A stretch of DNA of 64,000 nucleotides from positions 1 to 64,000 of the IMG/VR virus record IMGVR_UViG_3300009149_000014; one strand, written 5' to 3'. This DNA comes from a virus. The position numbers and the translations under genes were made by a program. Below the pieces are notes generated by a model. It was not told the origin of the DNA. It saw only the letters and a program-made list of their open reading frames with translations, and made no database searches. This document shows, in pieces, positions 28,413 to 38,771 of the stretch; positions within the stretch are counted from its first letter, which is position 1; every line of letters begins with the position of its first letter.

Positions 28413-29593
28413 AATGTTATGCTGTAGCGACGATAGATAGTAAAGGTCGCCCAGCATTCTTTCATTACGAAAATCCAAACAAAACGATATCTTTCGAAAT
28501 CTTCCGCTCTGGAAGTGGTCGCACTCTTAATGAGACATTCAAGCGTTTCGACGGTGCAGCTGAGTTATTAAGCTGGGCCGCACAGGGTGATCTCAGGTCC
28601 CCAAATATTGGCGACTTGATACGGGTTTTTGAACTGGAAGAATTGCATGGTGAGACCCAAGCCCGTGATTATGCATTCAGTTCTATAAAGACTATTGGCG
28701 ATAGTACCAAAGACGCTATTCTGTGTCGAAAACTCATTGAACTGGTCAAAACCACTCCTGACCGCCCATATCAAACCATTCTTGCTAAAGCTCAGAGTGT
28801 TTATGCTGGTCTGGAACGAACTGGTTTAATGTTGAATTATACCAAAATGAATCCGAAGTGGTCTTGGGATACATATTCAGGTCGGTCTAAATGTTTCGAC
28901 TTTAATGTCCAAGGTTGGTCTGAACCCGACGCTATTTATCAACCTACTATACCATATGAATGTTTGCAAATTCATTTCGACTGGATTTGTGCTGACTTTC
29001 GTGTCGCGTCTATTTTATCTGGCGATCCAGCACTCATACATTCATTCGAGGATAGTGATCCTTATACTTTCTTATCCAAGCGTTTGTCTGGCAGTGCCCA
29101 TGAAATGCGTGATGATGCCAAGCTTTTACTTCTTAAGACGATCAATAGCCTTGATTATAATGATCAGATTATTAAAGGTGAATTTCCGAAATTGTGTGCG
29201 TGGTTAGAAAAGACTTTGGTCGGGTTGCGTGAATCAAAGAGTTCTTATAATATTGTTGGACGTGAATTCGTTATTAAGACTGATAGATCTGAGCGATCAG
29301 TCTTCAATGCTGTGTTGCAGGGATCTGTTGCTGCTGCAATGCAGAATTCATTGTGGCGAGTTAGGAGAATGTTCCCTAATTACTTAGTGACCGATATCCA
29401 CGATGGTTTGGTTTTGTCTGTGCCGAACGACAAGCAAGTCGCCATGCATGTTATTGATTCTGTTGGTAAGATGTTTTTACGTCCATTTCAGGGTGTATTT
29501 AATACAGATCTTGTTTTCCCATACAGAGTGTCAATCGGGAAACGTTGGAAAGAGTGGAAAGAAGCTCGTGTTGTGCGTTCTGATCAAAAATAA
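28409..29593 (+). CDS. minimal, divergent family A DNA polymerase
   Basis: SGR...NVQ, motif A FDWICADFR, motif B RDDAK, NAVLQGS, motif C IHDG. No exonuclease motifs recognised. Confidence 0.75.
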   Translation: MKCYAVATIDSKGRPAFFHYENPNKTISFEIFRSGSGRTLNETFKRFDGAAELLSWAAQGDLRSPNIGDLIRVFELEELHGETQARDYAFSSIKTIGDSTKDAILCRKLIELVKTTPDRPYQTILAKAQSVYAGLERTGLMLNYTKMNPKWSWDTYSGRSKCFDFNVQGWSEPDAIYQPTIPYECLQIHFDWICADFRVASILSGDPALIHSFEDSDPYTFLSKRLSGSAHEMRDDAKLLLLKTINSLDYNDQIIKGEFPKLCAWLEKTLVGLRESKSSYNIVGREFVIKTDRSERSVFNAVLQGSVAAAMQNSLWRVRRMFPNYLVTDIHDGLVLSVPNDKQVAMHVIDSVGKMFLRPFQGVFNTDLVFPYRVSIGKRWKEWKEARVVRSDQK

Positions 29594-29632
29594 ATGTACT
29601 GAGTAATGAGTTATGAGCGTGTTGATTGAGCC

Positions 29633-30208
29633 ATGAGCAAAAAGTTTTTTGATACATTGCCGCAAGAGATTTTGGACTCCAGACTTTTCAAGTTTGAGGT
29701 TGTCCTCCCTTCTGTGTATGAACACTTTTGCCCTGCATGCCATATTGTCTTTGACACTTCTACTATTCAGTGTCCGCAGTGCAACACCAATCAATTGGTA
29801 TCTCGAAACCGCACCATTTTAGTCGATATCGCAGCCAATGTCGGCTTAGATTATGACAATGTTGAGCGTTCTCTCGACGATATACCATCTCAGTTCGCAT
29901 TTTGGACCGCTGTTTATGCGGAAGCCAAATATCGAACCAATATCCTCGAACGTGTAGTCAAAACGGCTAGAGCTACTGCACATGATGAGGTTATCCAAGC
30001 AGCCATGAAGGAAGGTACACGTCTTGCCCAAGACTCTATTAAGATTCTTGTTGAAAAGGATGAGCGTGTTAATCGTGCAGAAGGTATGCTAGCTCAGGCT
30101 AATATGATCGCAGCCAAGCTATACTACATGCACGAAGCCGTCAAGATGAAGGCAGATCTTGGTCGTACTTTAACAAGTCTGAAACGTTCTGAATCGAATG
30201 GGAGTTAG
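29633..30208 (+). CDS. UvsY-like recombination mediator with zinc ribbon
   Basis: Helical protein with CPAC/CPQC insert, immediately upstream of the gp32-like SSB. Confidence 0.45.
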   Translation: MSKKFFDTLPQEILDSRLFKFEVVLPSVYEHFCPACHIVFDTSTIQCPQCNTNQLVSRNRTILVDIAANVGLDYDNVERSLDDIPSQFAFWTAVYAEAKYRTNILERVVKTARATAHDEVIQAAMKEGTRLAQDSIKILVEKDERVNRAEGMLAQANMIAAKLYYMHEAVKMKADLGRTLTSLKRSESNGS

Positions 30209-30210
30209 CA

Positions 30211-31407
30211 ATGAGTTATGACATTGATGCAATGAGGAAAAAAGTCCGTACCCAGATGTCTGGTAAGCGGAACGATCCTGACGAATTTAAGCCCGCCAAG
30301 GCTGAAACCGGAAAAGAATTGAAATATCGATTCTTCATCCTTCCGCCCTATGGTGAAAATGATCCTCTTCGAACTGGGCCAGCTTCCCACTCGATGGACA
30401 CATTTTTCATTCCATACGGTATTCACTTTGGTGTTTGTCGGCCTCCACAGCCTTGCCCTCGCGTTTGCAATGGTGAGCCTTGTGAGATCTGTCAACATGG
30501 TTTCGATCTGATGAAGGAAGCGGGAGAAGACCGTGATGCTAAGCGTGTCATTTCCAGCGATTGGATGGCAGCGACTTATCACGTCGTTAATGTCTATTTC
30601 CCGGTTGGTAACGGTAACCCAAGCGATCTTGAAGGTCGTGTGATGTATTACAAAGCACCCAAAACGTGCTTTGACATTTGGGTCGCGGCCCTTGAACGCA
30701 CCGGCCCCGGCGATAAGCTTGATCCTCAGGCTTATGGGGCGTTTTTTGACGAGAATGCTGCGTTCTTGTTCCAATTGTCGTGCAAGTATAAGGGTCAAAA
30801 CAATACGTATGAATCTTCTGGCTTCCTGTCAAACGGCGGTGCCCCAATGGCTATCTCCGATCAAGCCGGTATCCAGCAGATCATGGCTGCTCGATTCGAT
30901 TTGAGCACCAAACTGGAGCAACCAAATCTGACGACTCTCCATAGTGTTGCTCAGAATTTGATCCATGGTGTTGCTCAAGATGACGGCTTCTCCACTCCTG
31001 TGACCGCTGCTGCTCCTGTGGCTGCTACTGCTCCGGTTCAACCAGTAGCTCCTGTGGCTCCTGCTCCGGTTCAACCTGTAGCTCCTGTAGCTCCTGTAGT
31101 TCCTGTTCAACCAGTAATGGCCGCTCCGGTGGCTCCTACTCCAGATCCTGTGGCTGCTGCTCAGGCCGCTCTTGCTGCTGCTCAAGCTCAAGTCGCCGCT
31201 GCTGCCCAAGCTGCTGCTCAGGCTCAAGTCGCTGCCACCCCAGTTCAACAGGTTGCTCCTGCTCCGGTTGCTCCTGCTCCGGTTGCTCCTGCTCCGGTTG
31301 CTCCTGCTGCGGCTGTCGTCGAAACGGTTCAGCCACCGGCTGGAGGTGGTGGTGGCGATGATGTGATGAACGAAATTGAAAGCATGTTAGAAGGATTTAA
31401 GAATTAG
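30211..31407 (+). CDS. gp32-like single-stranded DNA-binding protein
   Basis: YRFFILPP, H...C..C...CEIC zinc site, FFD, YESSGF, long Pro/Ala/Val linker, acidic C-terminus. Confidence 0.75.
   Translation: MSYDIDAMRKKVRTQMSGKRNDPDEFKPAKAETGKELKYRFFILPPYGENDPLRTGPASHSMDTFFIPYGIHFGVCRPPQPCPRVCNGEPCEICQHGFDLMKEAGEDRDAKRVISSDWMAATYHVVNVYFPVGNGNPSDLEGRVMYYKAPKTCFDIWVAALERTGPGDKLDPQAYGAFFDENAAFLFQLSCKYKGQNNTYESSGFLSNGGAPMAISDQAGIQQIMAARFDLSTKLEQPNLTTLHSVAQNLIHGVAQDDGFSTPVTAAAPVAATAPVQPVAPVAPAPVQPVAPVAPVVPVQPVMAAPVAPTPDPVAAAQAALAAAQAQVAAAAQAAAQAQVAATPVQQVAPAPVAPAPVAPAPVAPAAAVVETVQPPAGGGGGDDVMNEIESMLEGFKN
31251..31308 (+). repeat. 15-nt tandem repeat GGTTGCTCCTGCTCC, about 4 copies (VAPAP)
   Basis: Read directly; part of a longer low-complexity tract at about 31000-31310. 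Confidence 0.85.
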
Positions 31408-31408
31408 T

Positions 31409-32212
31409 ATGCTTCCAGGAACCCATCTATTAATTGATGGCAAGAATATCCTCTACCGGGCGATCTTCGTTAAATCGAAGGATAGCCCGGTAGAGGTTTT
31501 CTTTAGAATAATCCAAAAGTCGATAAGAACAGCCAATGCTACTTCTTTCCACGTCTTTTGGGACTGCCCAAGGAATGAAACTTGGCGTAGAAAACTATAC
31601 CCACCGTATAAGGCAAATCGCAAAGAAAGCGACCCCGAAATCGGTGAGGCCATCGGTATCAATTTGCAAGTCTTGAAAAAAGTGATACCAGTATTGGGAT
31701 TCCGCCAATATTACTGCGACAAACTTGAAGCAGATGATTTGGTTTATGCTTTCACCTCGTTATTCCATCCAACTGATATTGTAGTATTATCATCTGATCA
31801 TGATTTATTACAGATCCCATTTCGGTTTCTCAATGCTCGCCAACTTAAACCAGCTGGTGAATTTTACGAAAAACCAACAGTCAATCCTGTTTTGCAAAAA
31901 TGCTTAATGGGTGACAAATCAGATAATATCGCTGGATATAATGGAATTGGTCCAGTCAAAGCAACAAAATTGTTGCAATCTCCGACCAAATTGCATGAAT
32001 TTGTGTCGGCTAGCCCGCGAACTTTTCTATTTAATATGAACATTGTCGATTTGTCATTGTGTCCTTACCAAATGAGGGCACAATACACCATCCTGAATGG
32101 TATCCAAGAGGAAACTAAATTCGATCTTAACTCTGCGAGAGGCATTTTAAGCCAATATAATATGTATCCGGCTTTGCACGAGTTAGATTGGTCAGCTTCT
32201 CACGAGGAATAA
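31409..32212 (+). CDS. 5'-3' exonuclease / T4 RNase H-like
   Basis: LLIDG, YKANR, EADD, SSDHD, GDKSDNIAG.GIGP. Confidence 0.9.
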   Translation: MLPGTHLLIDGKNILYRAIFVKSKDSPVEVFFRIIQKSIRTANATSFHVFWDCPRNETWRRKLYPPYKANRKESDPEIGEAIGINLQVLKKVIPVLGFRQYYCDKLEADDLVYAFTSLFHPTDIVVLSSDHDLLQIPFRFLNARQLKPAGEFYEKPTVNPVLQKCLMGDKSDNIAGYNGIGPVKATKLLQSPTKLHEFVSASPRTFLFNMNIVDLSLCPYQMRAQYTILNGIQEETKFDLNSARGILSQYNMYPALHELDWSASHEE

Positions 32213-32213
32213 T

Positions 32214-32465
32214 ATGGCAGTCCACACTGTTTATGTCAAACCAACTCTTATCGACTCGAATGGTAACATTGTCGATAAAGATGGCCCACAAACTACCATC
32301 CAACAAGTAGCTCAAGCGATGGCTACTGAGATCAGAGTCATTCCTGATTCAAGTATCCCAAGTTCTTTGAATTGGCCAACCATCGAACAATATCTTCAAT
32401 TAGAAGATGCTGCTGGATTCTCGCCAAGAACAGTCACCGCTACTTTAATCGTTACCGAGAACTAA
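32214..32465 (+). CDS. hypothetical protein
   Basis: 83 aa gap-filling ORF. Confidence 0.55.
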   Translation: MAVHTVYVKPTLIDSNGNIVDKDGPQTTIQQVAQAMATEIRVIPDSSIPSSLNWPTIEQYLQLEDAAGFSPRTVTATLIVTEN

Positions 32466-32470
32466 CGTCG

Positions 32471-32914
32471 ATGGTAAAGCACGAAGACTATATTCCACAG
32501 TCAAAGCTGGCGGAGTATCGTAGAGCAAATACTCCTGTATACTGTCCATTATTGGGTCATGAAGAAATTCTACCAGTCGTAGATCACGACCACAAATCAG
32601 GCAGAATTCGCGGAGTTGTGTCTTCGGAAGGTAATGCTTTAGTTGGTAAAATCGAGAATTTCCACAAATCTCGCTGTATTCACGGCAAGTGGGATCTCCC
32701 AACTGTTCTTCGTGCTATCGCCGACTATCTCGAACAAGAACAAGGACCACTTCATCCTGTCGGTACTCGTCAATTAACTAAACGATTTGGACGTGCTAAA
32801 AAAGACGAACAGATCGAACTGCTTTCTTCTGTCGGAGCCACAACAGAAGAAATCGACGGATGCACGAATAGCAAAGATCGAACAAATCTTTATCGTTCCA
32901 AAATCGTTAAATGA
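32471..32914 (+). CDS. endonuclease VII (gp49)-like Holliday junction resolvase
   Basis: VVDHDHKSGRIRGV...NALVGKIEN; zinc Cys largely lost. Confidence 0.8.
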   Translation: MVKHEDYIPQSKLAEYRRANTPVYCPLLGHEEILPVVDHDHKSGRIRGVVSSEGNALVGKIENFHKSRCIHGKWDLPTVLRAIADYLEQEQGPLHPVGTRQLTKRFGRAKKDEQIELLSSVGATTEEIDGCTNSKDRTNLYRSKIVK

Positions 32915-32961
32915 TTTTCTCCCAAAAGATAAAGATGTCGTTCTACTAATTAGGTGATGTT

Positions 32962-33246
32962 ATGGCTTGTTGCGGTGGAAGTAAAAAAGCTTTAAGAGTG
33001 CAAATCGCACCCCAATCTAATCAAGGCCAAACTCTCCAGGCCCAAAAAGTAACACTTACGCCACCCTCTACTATGCGTGTCTTTGTAAATAATCAAAGAA
33101 CGGGTGAAAGAACTGTTGTTCAGGCTGTTAGAAAACCGGACAATGAACCATGTCCGCTATGCCATCACCCAATTATGATGACACGTGTTGGTGGAAGGCC
33201 CCGCAAGCAATGCACGAATTTTTCCTGTCGGCATATTATACAATAA
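32962..33246 (+). CDS. small Cys-rich protein
   Basis: MACCGG start, CPLC...CTNFSC; SD-like AGGTG upstream. Confidence 0.6.
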   Translation: MACCGGSKKALRVQIAPQSNQGQTLQAQKVTLTPPSTMRVFVNNQRTGERTVVQAVRKPDNEPCPLCHHPIMMTRVGGRPRKQCTNFSCRHIIQ

Positions 33247-34079
33247 TCTTCTTCTGTATTGCATTAGCCACAGAAGCTTTCATCGAAATCATCAAAGAAT
33301 CAGATATTAGTTTAGCTCTGATTCATGCTAAGATTATCCCAAGATACAATCAAAATCCAACCACTTTTAATTGGGTTTTGTTCAAATGGATCACATGCGG
33401 GCAATGCATGAGTGTGATCTATAGTATCCCAGGTGCTGTTTTCATGAGCACTTTGGTTCCATGGTATTATCTTCCATTTTCTTTCTTTGCATTCTTATTT
33501 GCATTACAACGTACGGCCAATTGGCTAAATACTTCATACAAATTGCTGGCCCGTGGTCGTGTCACAGCAATCGAACTAGTGTCACCATTAGTAACAATCG
33601 GATCAGAAATGGCAGAATATAATCCAGAAGCCTTATTAAGTCAAGCCAAAGAACGAGAATTTCGTCGTGGTACTGAACAAAGAGTGATTATCAATTCAGT
33701 CCAAGACATCATTCGAATGATCAAATTGCTCAAAGACAAAAAACCCGGTTCTGGGCGTGTTGTTAGTGTAAACATCGGTAAAAGTGAATTCCATGTGAAT
33801 ACTTCCACCGATCATCCACCATACATGCAGATTATTCAAGACGCATTTGTTGGGGTCAATCAAGACGAGTCGCCTGCTCCCGTTATCGAAATCAATGAAG
33901 GCGAACGGTTGGTACCATTGAACATCGGCTCCAATCATGCTATTGACGGTTTTATCACCAAGTGCACCGGTGGTGTTCGTGATGGTAATAGAATTAAATG
34001 GTCACTCTCCGAGGGTGATTATTTTTATGACCCAGTTACCGATAAACTCACAATGACTGATCGGGTTGATCATACTTGA
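33210..34079 (+). CDS. membrane protein with CxxC (DUF1360-like N-terminus)
   Basis: Hydrophobic helices around ITCGQCMSV. Start uncertain (33150 or 33210). Confidence 0.5.
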   Translation: MHEFFLSAYYTIIFFCIALATEAFIEIIKESDISLALIHAKIIPRYNQNPTTFNWVLFKWITCGQCMSVIYSIPGAVFMSTLVPWYYLPFSFFAFLFALQRTANWLNTSYKLLARGRVTAIELVSPLVTIGSEMAEYNPEALLSQAKEREFRRGTEQRVIINSVQDIIRMIKLLKDKKPGSGRVVSVNIGKSEFHVNTSTDHPPYMQIIQDAFVGVNQDESPAPVIEINEGERLVPLNIGSNHAIDGFITKCTGGVRDGNRIKWSLSEGDYFYDPVTDKLTMTDRVDHT

Positions 34080-34098
34080 GTGAAACTCGTATTGCGTA

Positions 34099-34398
34099 AT
34101 GAATGATTTCAAACCAGCATGTCATACTTCTACGATTCTCACGTATCAACCGCTTTACGGCGATCACCTAATTTGGTCTCGTTGGTTTAGTACGTGGCAC
34201 GGATTCCTCATAGATTTCAAAAATCCAGATGATTGTACATTCGTTGTTGCGGGTTTGCCTTTATTTCTCGTGAATCAAGACGGACTGGGAAAATCGATCA
34301 AAAGAATTAGCCTCAATCAAATTCGTAATTCTAAAGGCGGCAAATTCGCCATCATAAGGCATTTAAATGAGCATAGTCTCCCAATCTGGTACGTATAA
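34099..34398 (+). CDS. hypothetical protein
   Basis: 99 aa ORF. Confidence 0.55.
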   Translation: MNDFKPACHTSTILTYQPLYGDHLIWSRWFSTWHGFLIDFKNPDDCTFVVAGLPLFLVNQDGLGKSIKRISLNQIRNSKGGKFAIIRHLNEHSLPIWYV

Positions 34399-34915
34399 AG
34401 CACCAGTAATCCAAGATCTTGAACCAAATTGCCCCTTGTATGGCAAAAACATCTATTTCATTAAACCATATCAGCCTGGGTTTTCCATCTTCGCTTTGCT
34501 TGGCAATGATGTCGATGTGACGTTACAATTGCTTACTTGGGACGGAGTAATCATCACCGAATTAGATGAATTACATATGAAAGCATTATCGCTGAACGAA
34601 GCATTCATTCCGGTTGCTTCAGCTTCAGGGATTAATAGGTATCAAATATTCTTTAGCTCTGATCTAATTGTCACAGATTTTGTCGAACCTCAAGGTCAAT
34701 TTGTGAGTCCGGGGATGTTGGCTCAACTCTTCGAACAATCCTTTAGCGTTCAACAAATCGTTGCTAAAGGTGTATTGGATGCCAATTCGGTAAATAATAT
34801 GCTTAATGAGCATCAGGAACTAATCCTCAAGCCCTCTGTGAAAACAGTAGTAGGCAATAATAAAACAAGGCCGTTGTATGCCAGAATATATCAATCCATG
34901 GCCACACACAGTTGA
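34367..34915 (+). CDS. hypothetical protein
   Basis: 182 aa ORF. Confidence 0.55.
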   Translation: MSIVSQSGTYKAPVIQDLEPNCPLYGKNIYFIKPYQPGFSIFALLGNDVDVTLQLLTWDGVIITELDELHMKALSLNEAFIPVASASGINRYQIFFSSDLIVTDFVEPQGQFVSPGMLAQLFEQSFSVQQIVAKGVLDANSVNNMLNEHQELILKPSVKTVVGNNKTRPLYARIYQSMATHS

Positions 34916-36935
34916 ATTAATCGGCCCAGCCGGTGAGAGAATTCGACTAAAAAGCAAATCGCGAAAACAGCTTGATGCCTATTACGATCGTTATGCTGAT
35001 CGTGGATATATCGAACGAGTGGGTGATGCTGCACCCGCTAGTCCAGAAATAGTCACTCAGAAAACAAATCACTCAATCAATATACCAGTAAACCATCTTA
35101 GACTTGGCGTTAAACCTCGTATTCAACAAACGACAACTTCCAGAACAGCACGTGCCCAACGCACCACTCCAATTAACGCTCCCCAATCAGCTCAACCACA
35201 AGCACAACAAATCCTTCCACTAGCACCCGTTACTAAATCAAGACAATACGAAAAACCAGTTACAGAAGTCCTTCCGACCGCCAAGGGGATCAGAAGACAG
35301 GCTGTGGTTCCAGACGATAGACCGCAATTACGACCAAGCATCGCTGGAGTCACCACAAAACGAGACAAAACCAAACAAATTGTTGGTCGCGTTATTTCAG
35401 GCGATGCATTACAAATTCACCAAGATAATAGTGCAAAAGCTCCATACCGGATCAGCAATGGAGTCGGAATTGGAGTATTATCCTACAATAGAGGTGCATC
35501 ACTCAATCGATTTGTCGAATCTGTCAAACGCACCTCAGATCTAAACAGATCGACTCTCTTTATTTCCGACGATGCAAGTACGGATCAATATACCCTCAAT
35601 GTCCTAGCCCAATTGGAAAAAGATCCGCGTATCGTTGTCATTAGAAATACTCAAAATATCGGTATTTCTGGTAATTCAAATCGGCTATTACGTTGTTTGT
35701 CCAGATTCGAACACATGTTCATTTGCAATGATGATGTAGAATTCACTCAACCAGGATGGGCAGAATTCTACATTAGAGGTGCTCTGGCTTCAGGATTCCA
35801 TCATTTTTGTTATCGCCAGCCCAAGATTTACAACGCTAAAATCGGTGAAGAAAAAACGTTTAAAAACATCCGCATGAACTATGTGAATGATAAACCACAT
35901 GGTGCCATGTTGTATATGTCTAATCAATGTTTCAAAACAATCGGATATTTCGACCCACAATATAAATTCTACGGAATGGAACACGTAGATTGGTCCATGA
36001 GACCAGCGGAATTCAATCTTCAACCACCTGGGTTTTATGATCTTGTCGGTTCAACAGATTATGTCAAGATTTATCCAGAGGCTACTTCTGTTGAAAACAA
36101 AACACAATTTTATAATCAAAATCGTGCCAAGTTCGAGAAACGTGAAGCCAAGAAATATGTTCATCCGTGCCCAGAATCGGAAGTACCAAAAATTTCCTAC
36201 GTCATTCCGTGTCGAGACATAGATCGATCATCAAGTATCAAATCGGTAGTGATGGGTGTTATCGGCCAATCGTTCCCAGAAATCGAAATTTGGCTGGTTG
36301 AACAAGATCTGAGTCAAAAGATCGACCGTGCTACAATGCCATCGATTAATCATCTGTTCGCAGATGGTAAAGGACGAGCTTTATTCAATAAATCATTGGC
36401 GTTTAATGCGGCTGTCCATAAATGCACAACCGATTCAGTGATTCTTCATGATGCAGATATGCTCTCTCGTGTCGATTATACAAAACGCTCTTATGATTTA
36501 CTTCAAACCCACGAATCAATCCATATTTGTGGTCGCGTGATATATCTCAACATGGAATCAACCAATCGCGTAAATCAGTGCGGGTATGTTCCCGGAGATG
36601 TTCAATTTGAAAGAATAGTCGGCTATTTTGAAGGTGGATCACTAGCAGCTAGAATATCAACATACTGGCATTTAGGCGGCTTTAATGAAGACTATTGGGG
36701 TTATGGTTGTGAAGACTGCGACTTCTACACCAGAATATCAAGTGCTTCATCTTGGCTTTGTGATACTGAATTCGATCTGATACACCTCTGGCACGGGCGT
36801 GCAGAAGGGTGGAATGATCACCATAAACAAAACAAGCAAATAGAAGAGCAATTAGGTCGTATGTCAGCATATCAACGTGTCAGACTACAACATGAACAAT
36901 TGTTCGCCTTGGGCTATGGGTCACATCTAGCATGA
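34878..36935 (+). CDS. two-domain glycosyltransferase (GT2 plus GT2/GT7-like)
   Basis: GVLSYNR, SDDAS, CNDD, FYGMEHVD; second domain VIPCR, FNKSLAFN, HDAD, GGFNEDYWGYGCED. Confidence 0.85.
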   Translation: MPEYINPWPHTVELIGPAGERIRLKSKSRKQLDAYYDRYADRGYIERVGDAAPASPEIVTQKTNHSINIPVNHLRLGVKPRIQQTTTSRTARAQRTTPINAPQSAQPQAQQILPLAPVTKSRQYEKPVTEVLPTAKGIRRQAVVPDDRPQLRPSIAGVTTKRDKTKQIVGRVISGDALQIHQDNSAKAPYRISNGVGIGVLSYNRGASLNRFVESVKRTSDLNRSTLFISDDASTDQYTLNVLAQLEKDPRIVVIRNTQNIGISGNSNRLLRCLSRFEHMFICNDDVEFTQPGWAEFYIRGALASGFHHFCYRQPKIYNAKIGEEKTFKNIRMNYVNDKPHGAMLYMSNQCFKTIGYFDPQYKFYGMEHVDWSMRPAEFNLQPPGFYDLVGSTDYVKIYPEATSVENKTQFYNQNRAKFEKREAKKYVHPCPESEVPKISYVIPCRDIDRSSSIKSVVMGVIGQSFPEIEIWLVEQDLSQKIDRATMPSINHLFADGKGRALFNKSLAFNAAVHKCTTDSVILHDADMLSRVDYTKRSYDLLQTHESIHICGRVIYLNMESTNRVNQCGYVPGDVQFERIVGYFEGGSLAARISTYWHLGGFNEDYWGYGCEDCDFYTRISSASSWLCDTEFDLIHLWHGRAEGWNDHHKQNKQIEEQLGRMSAYQRVRLQHEQLFALGYGSHLA

Positions 36936-37180
36936 TTGTTGTTGAAGCCAAACTAATTCCATTCGGTGATTTTACAGCACCAAGCACAACATTGTGCCGT
37001 CTTGAAATTATTAATGATGGCACTGGTACTTCAACTCATGGCAATTATCGTTTGCGGCTCTATTCAAAAGGTGTATCACCCCGATTGCTCAAAAAAGGCC
37101 GTATTGACAATTGGCCTAGAAAAAGTAAGGCTGCTTGGCGATTAATCGCCGAAGCATTTAAAATTATGGAATTATCATGA
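36932..37180 (+). CDS. hypothetical protein
   Basis: 82 aa ORF with ATGA coupling to the next gene. Confidence 0.6.
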   Translation: MIVVEAKLIPFGDFTAPSTTLCRLEIINDGTGTSTHGNYRLRLYSKGVSPRLLKKGRIDNWPRKSKAAWRLIAEAFKIMELS

Positions 37181-38136
37181 AAAAGATACTTGTTGTTCAT
37201 CGTCCAGGCGGTGCTTTTGGTTATATTACTGACGGTTGGATCAACGCTCTGCGTGATCGTGGTCATACTGTTCAACGATGGGATGGCACACTTGACTCGT
37301 GGCGTGCTTTCCGACCTGATCTGTATATTGGATCATCAGGACATCGCCAACCTTTGCCGAAAGACCCAAATTGTGCTTTCGCCATGCACGTCAATCCATA
37401 TGGCCCAATTGATTGTGGTGGTATTAATGAACCGATCCAATCAATTGATTATATCATAGATCTTCGTCCTAATGTCGTCTTTGGTTACGGATTTGATGAA
37501 GATCGCATCTACTGGCAATATTGGCAAGAAGAAATGGGTATTCCATGGGTACCAATGCCAACTGGTGCTGATGCAACAGTATTCAAAAGTCGAGTTCCAT
37601 TGGACCAACGTTCATTAGATGCGGTTTATATTGGTGGACGTTGGGCTTATAAGGCCCAAAGCATTGATTCATACTTGATCCCAATGGTTCGTCATATTCA
37701 AGGTAACGGTCGATCGATGGAGATTTATGGTTGGGGAGATTGGCCACCTAATCAAAGCCGTGGTATAATTCCAGATGATCAAGTTACATCGACTTTCAAT
37801 AAAGCGAAAATCGGCCCTTGCATCTCTGAGCCTCATACACATCAATGGGGTTTCGATCTTCCAGAACGAGTCTGGAAAGTCGCAGCTTGTGGCTGTTTGC
37901 CAATCCACGATCCAGTGCCTACACTTCGTCAAGTGTTACCATCTTTACCAATGGCCAAAGATGCAAATGAGTATGCTCATCTTCATTTGCACTATATGAT
38001 TCATGATGATGAACGCAGACGACTCGCAACCGAATTGCATACTACCGTTATGACTGGACATACTTACCACCATCGATTGGCTCGCATGTTCACAGCCTTA
38101 AATTGGTCCGAAGATGCTCAACACATGGTCGCATAA
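37177..38136 (+). CDS. GT-B glycosyltransferase (CgeB-like)
   Basis: PTGADATVF, YIGG, IYGWG.W, ERVWKVAACG, HTYHHRL. Confidence 0.75.
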   Translation: MKKILVVHRPGGAFGYITDGWINALRDRGHTVQRWDGTLDSWRAFRPDLYIGSSGHRQPLPKDPNCAFAMHVNPYGPIDCGGINEPIQSIDYIIDLRPNVVFGYGFDEDRIYWQYWQEEMGIPWVPMPTGADATVFKSRVPLDQRSLDAVYIGGRWAYKAQSIDSYLIPMVRHIQGNGRSMEIYGWGDWPPNQSRGIIPDDQVTSTFNKAKIGPCISEPHTHQWGFDLPERVWKVAACGCLPIHDPVPTLRQVLPSLPMAKDANEYAHLHLHYMIHDDERRRLATELHTTVMTGHTYHHRLARMFTALNWSEDAQHMVA

Positions 38137-38771
38137 TGGCCTTAGTAACTGACAAATTCATCTATGCCCACCTCCCAAAAACAGGTGGGCAATTTGTTAG
38201 ACATGTGATTGACGAGTGTGGTATCGAATATAGAGAAGAAGAATCATATCACGCTGCTCCGTCTGCTCTAGTACGGAATGGCTTCGATCTTCCGATTCTC
38301 ATCACAATCCGTCACCCTGTAACATGGTATCAATCTAGATGGCATCACCGCCTCCGTCATGGTTGGTCTGCACATCATCCTGTAGATTGGGCATGTGCTT
38401 CAAACGATTTTAATCAATTCGTTCTTAATGTGATCGACTATGATCCTAATGGTCGATTTACTTCTCTCGTTCAATTATTCCACCGTCGCAAAAAACCGGG
38501 TTCGACTGTTGATTTTGTTCTCAAGAATGAGACTTTGACCGATGAATTATACCATTGTTTAGTAGGTCTTGGATATACGATTGATCGGGATTTTTATAAT
38601 AATCTCCGCAAGATCAATGTCTCTGGCAAAAAAGGTGTTTCTTCAGCAGATGTAGCCGTTTATCGGCCTGAAGTATTAGAAAAATTGCTGGAACATGAAA
38701 AATGGGTCATTGACACATTTTATGATGGGATCACCGATCCCAATGCCCTGACAAATCAACTTGTTGTGTAG
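38136..38771 (+). CDS. sulfotransferase-family protein
   Basis: PAPS 5'-PSB-like HLPKTGG, 3'-PB-like IRHP..WYQS, late K.E.L..EL. Confidence 0.7.
   Translation: MALVTDKFIYAHLPKTGGQFVRHVIDECGIEYREEESYHAAPSALVRNGFDLPILITIRHPVTWYQSRWHHRLRHGWSAHHPVDWACASNDFNQFVLNVIDYDPNGRFTSLVQLFHRRKKPGSTVDFVLKNETLTDELYHCLVGLGYTIDRDFYNNLRKINVSGKKGVSSADVAVYRPEVLEKLLEHEKWVIDTFYDGITDPNALTNQLVV

Noticed and set aside
30205-31336. Minus-strand ORFs over the SSB gene
   Set aside because: Antisense shadows of a biased, low-complexity coding region.
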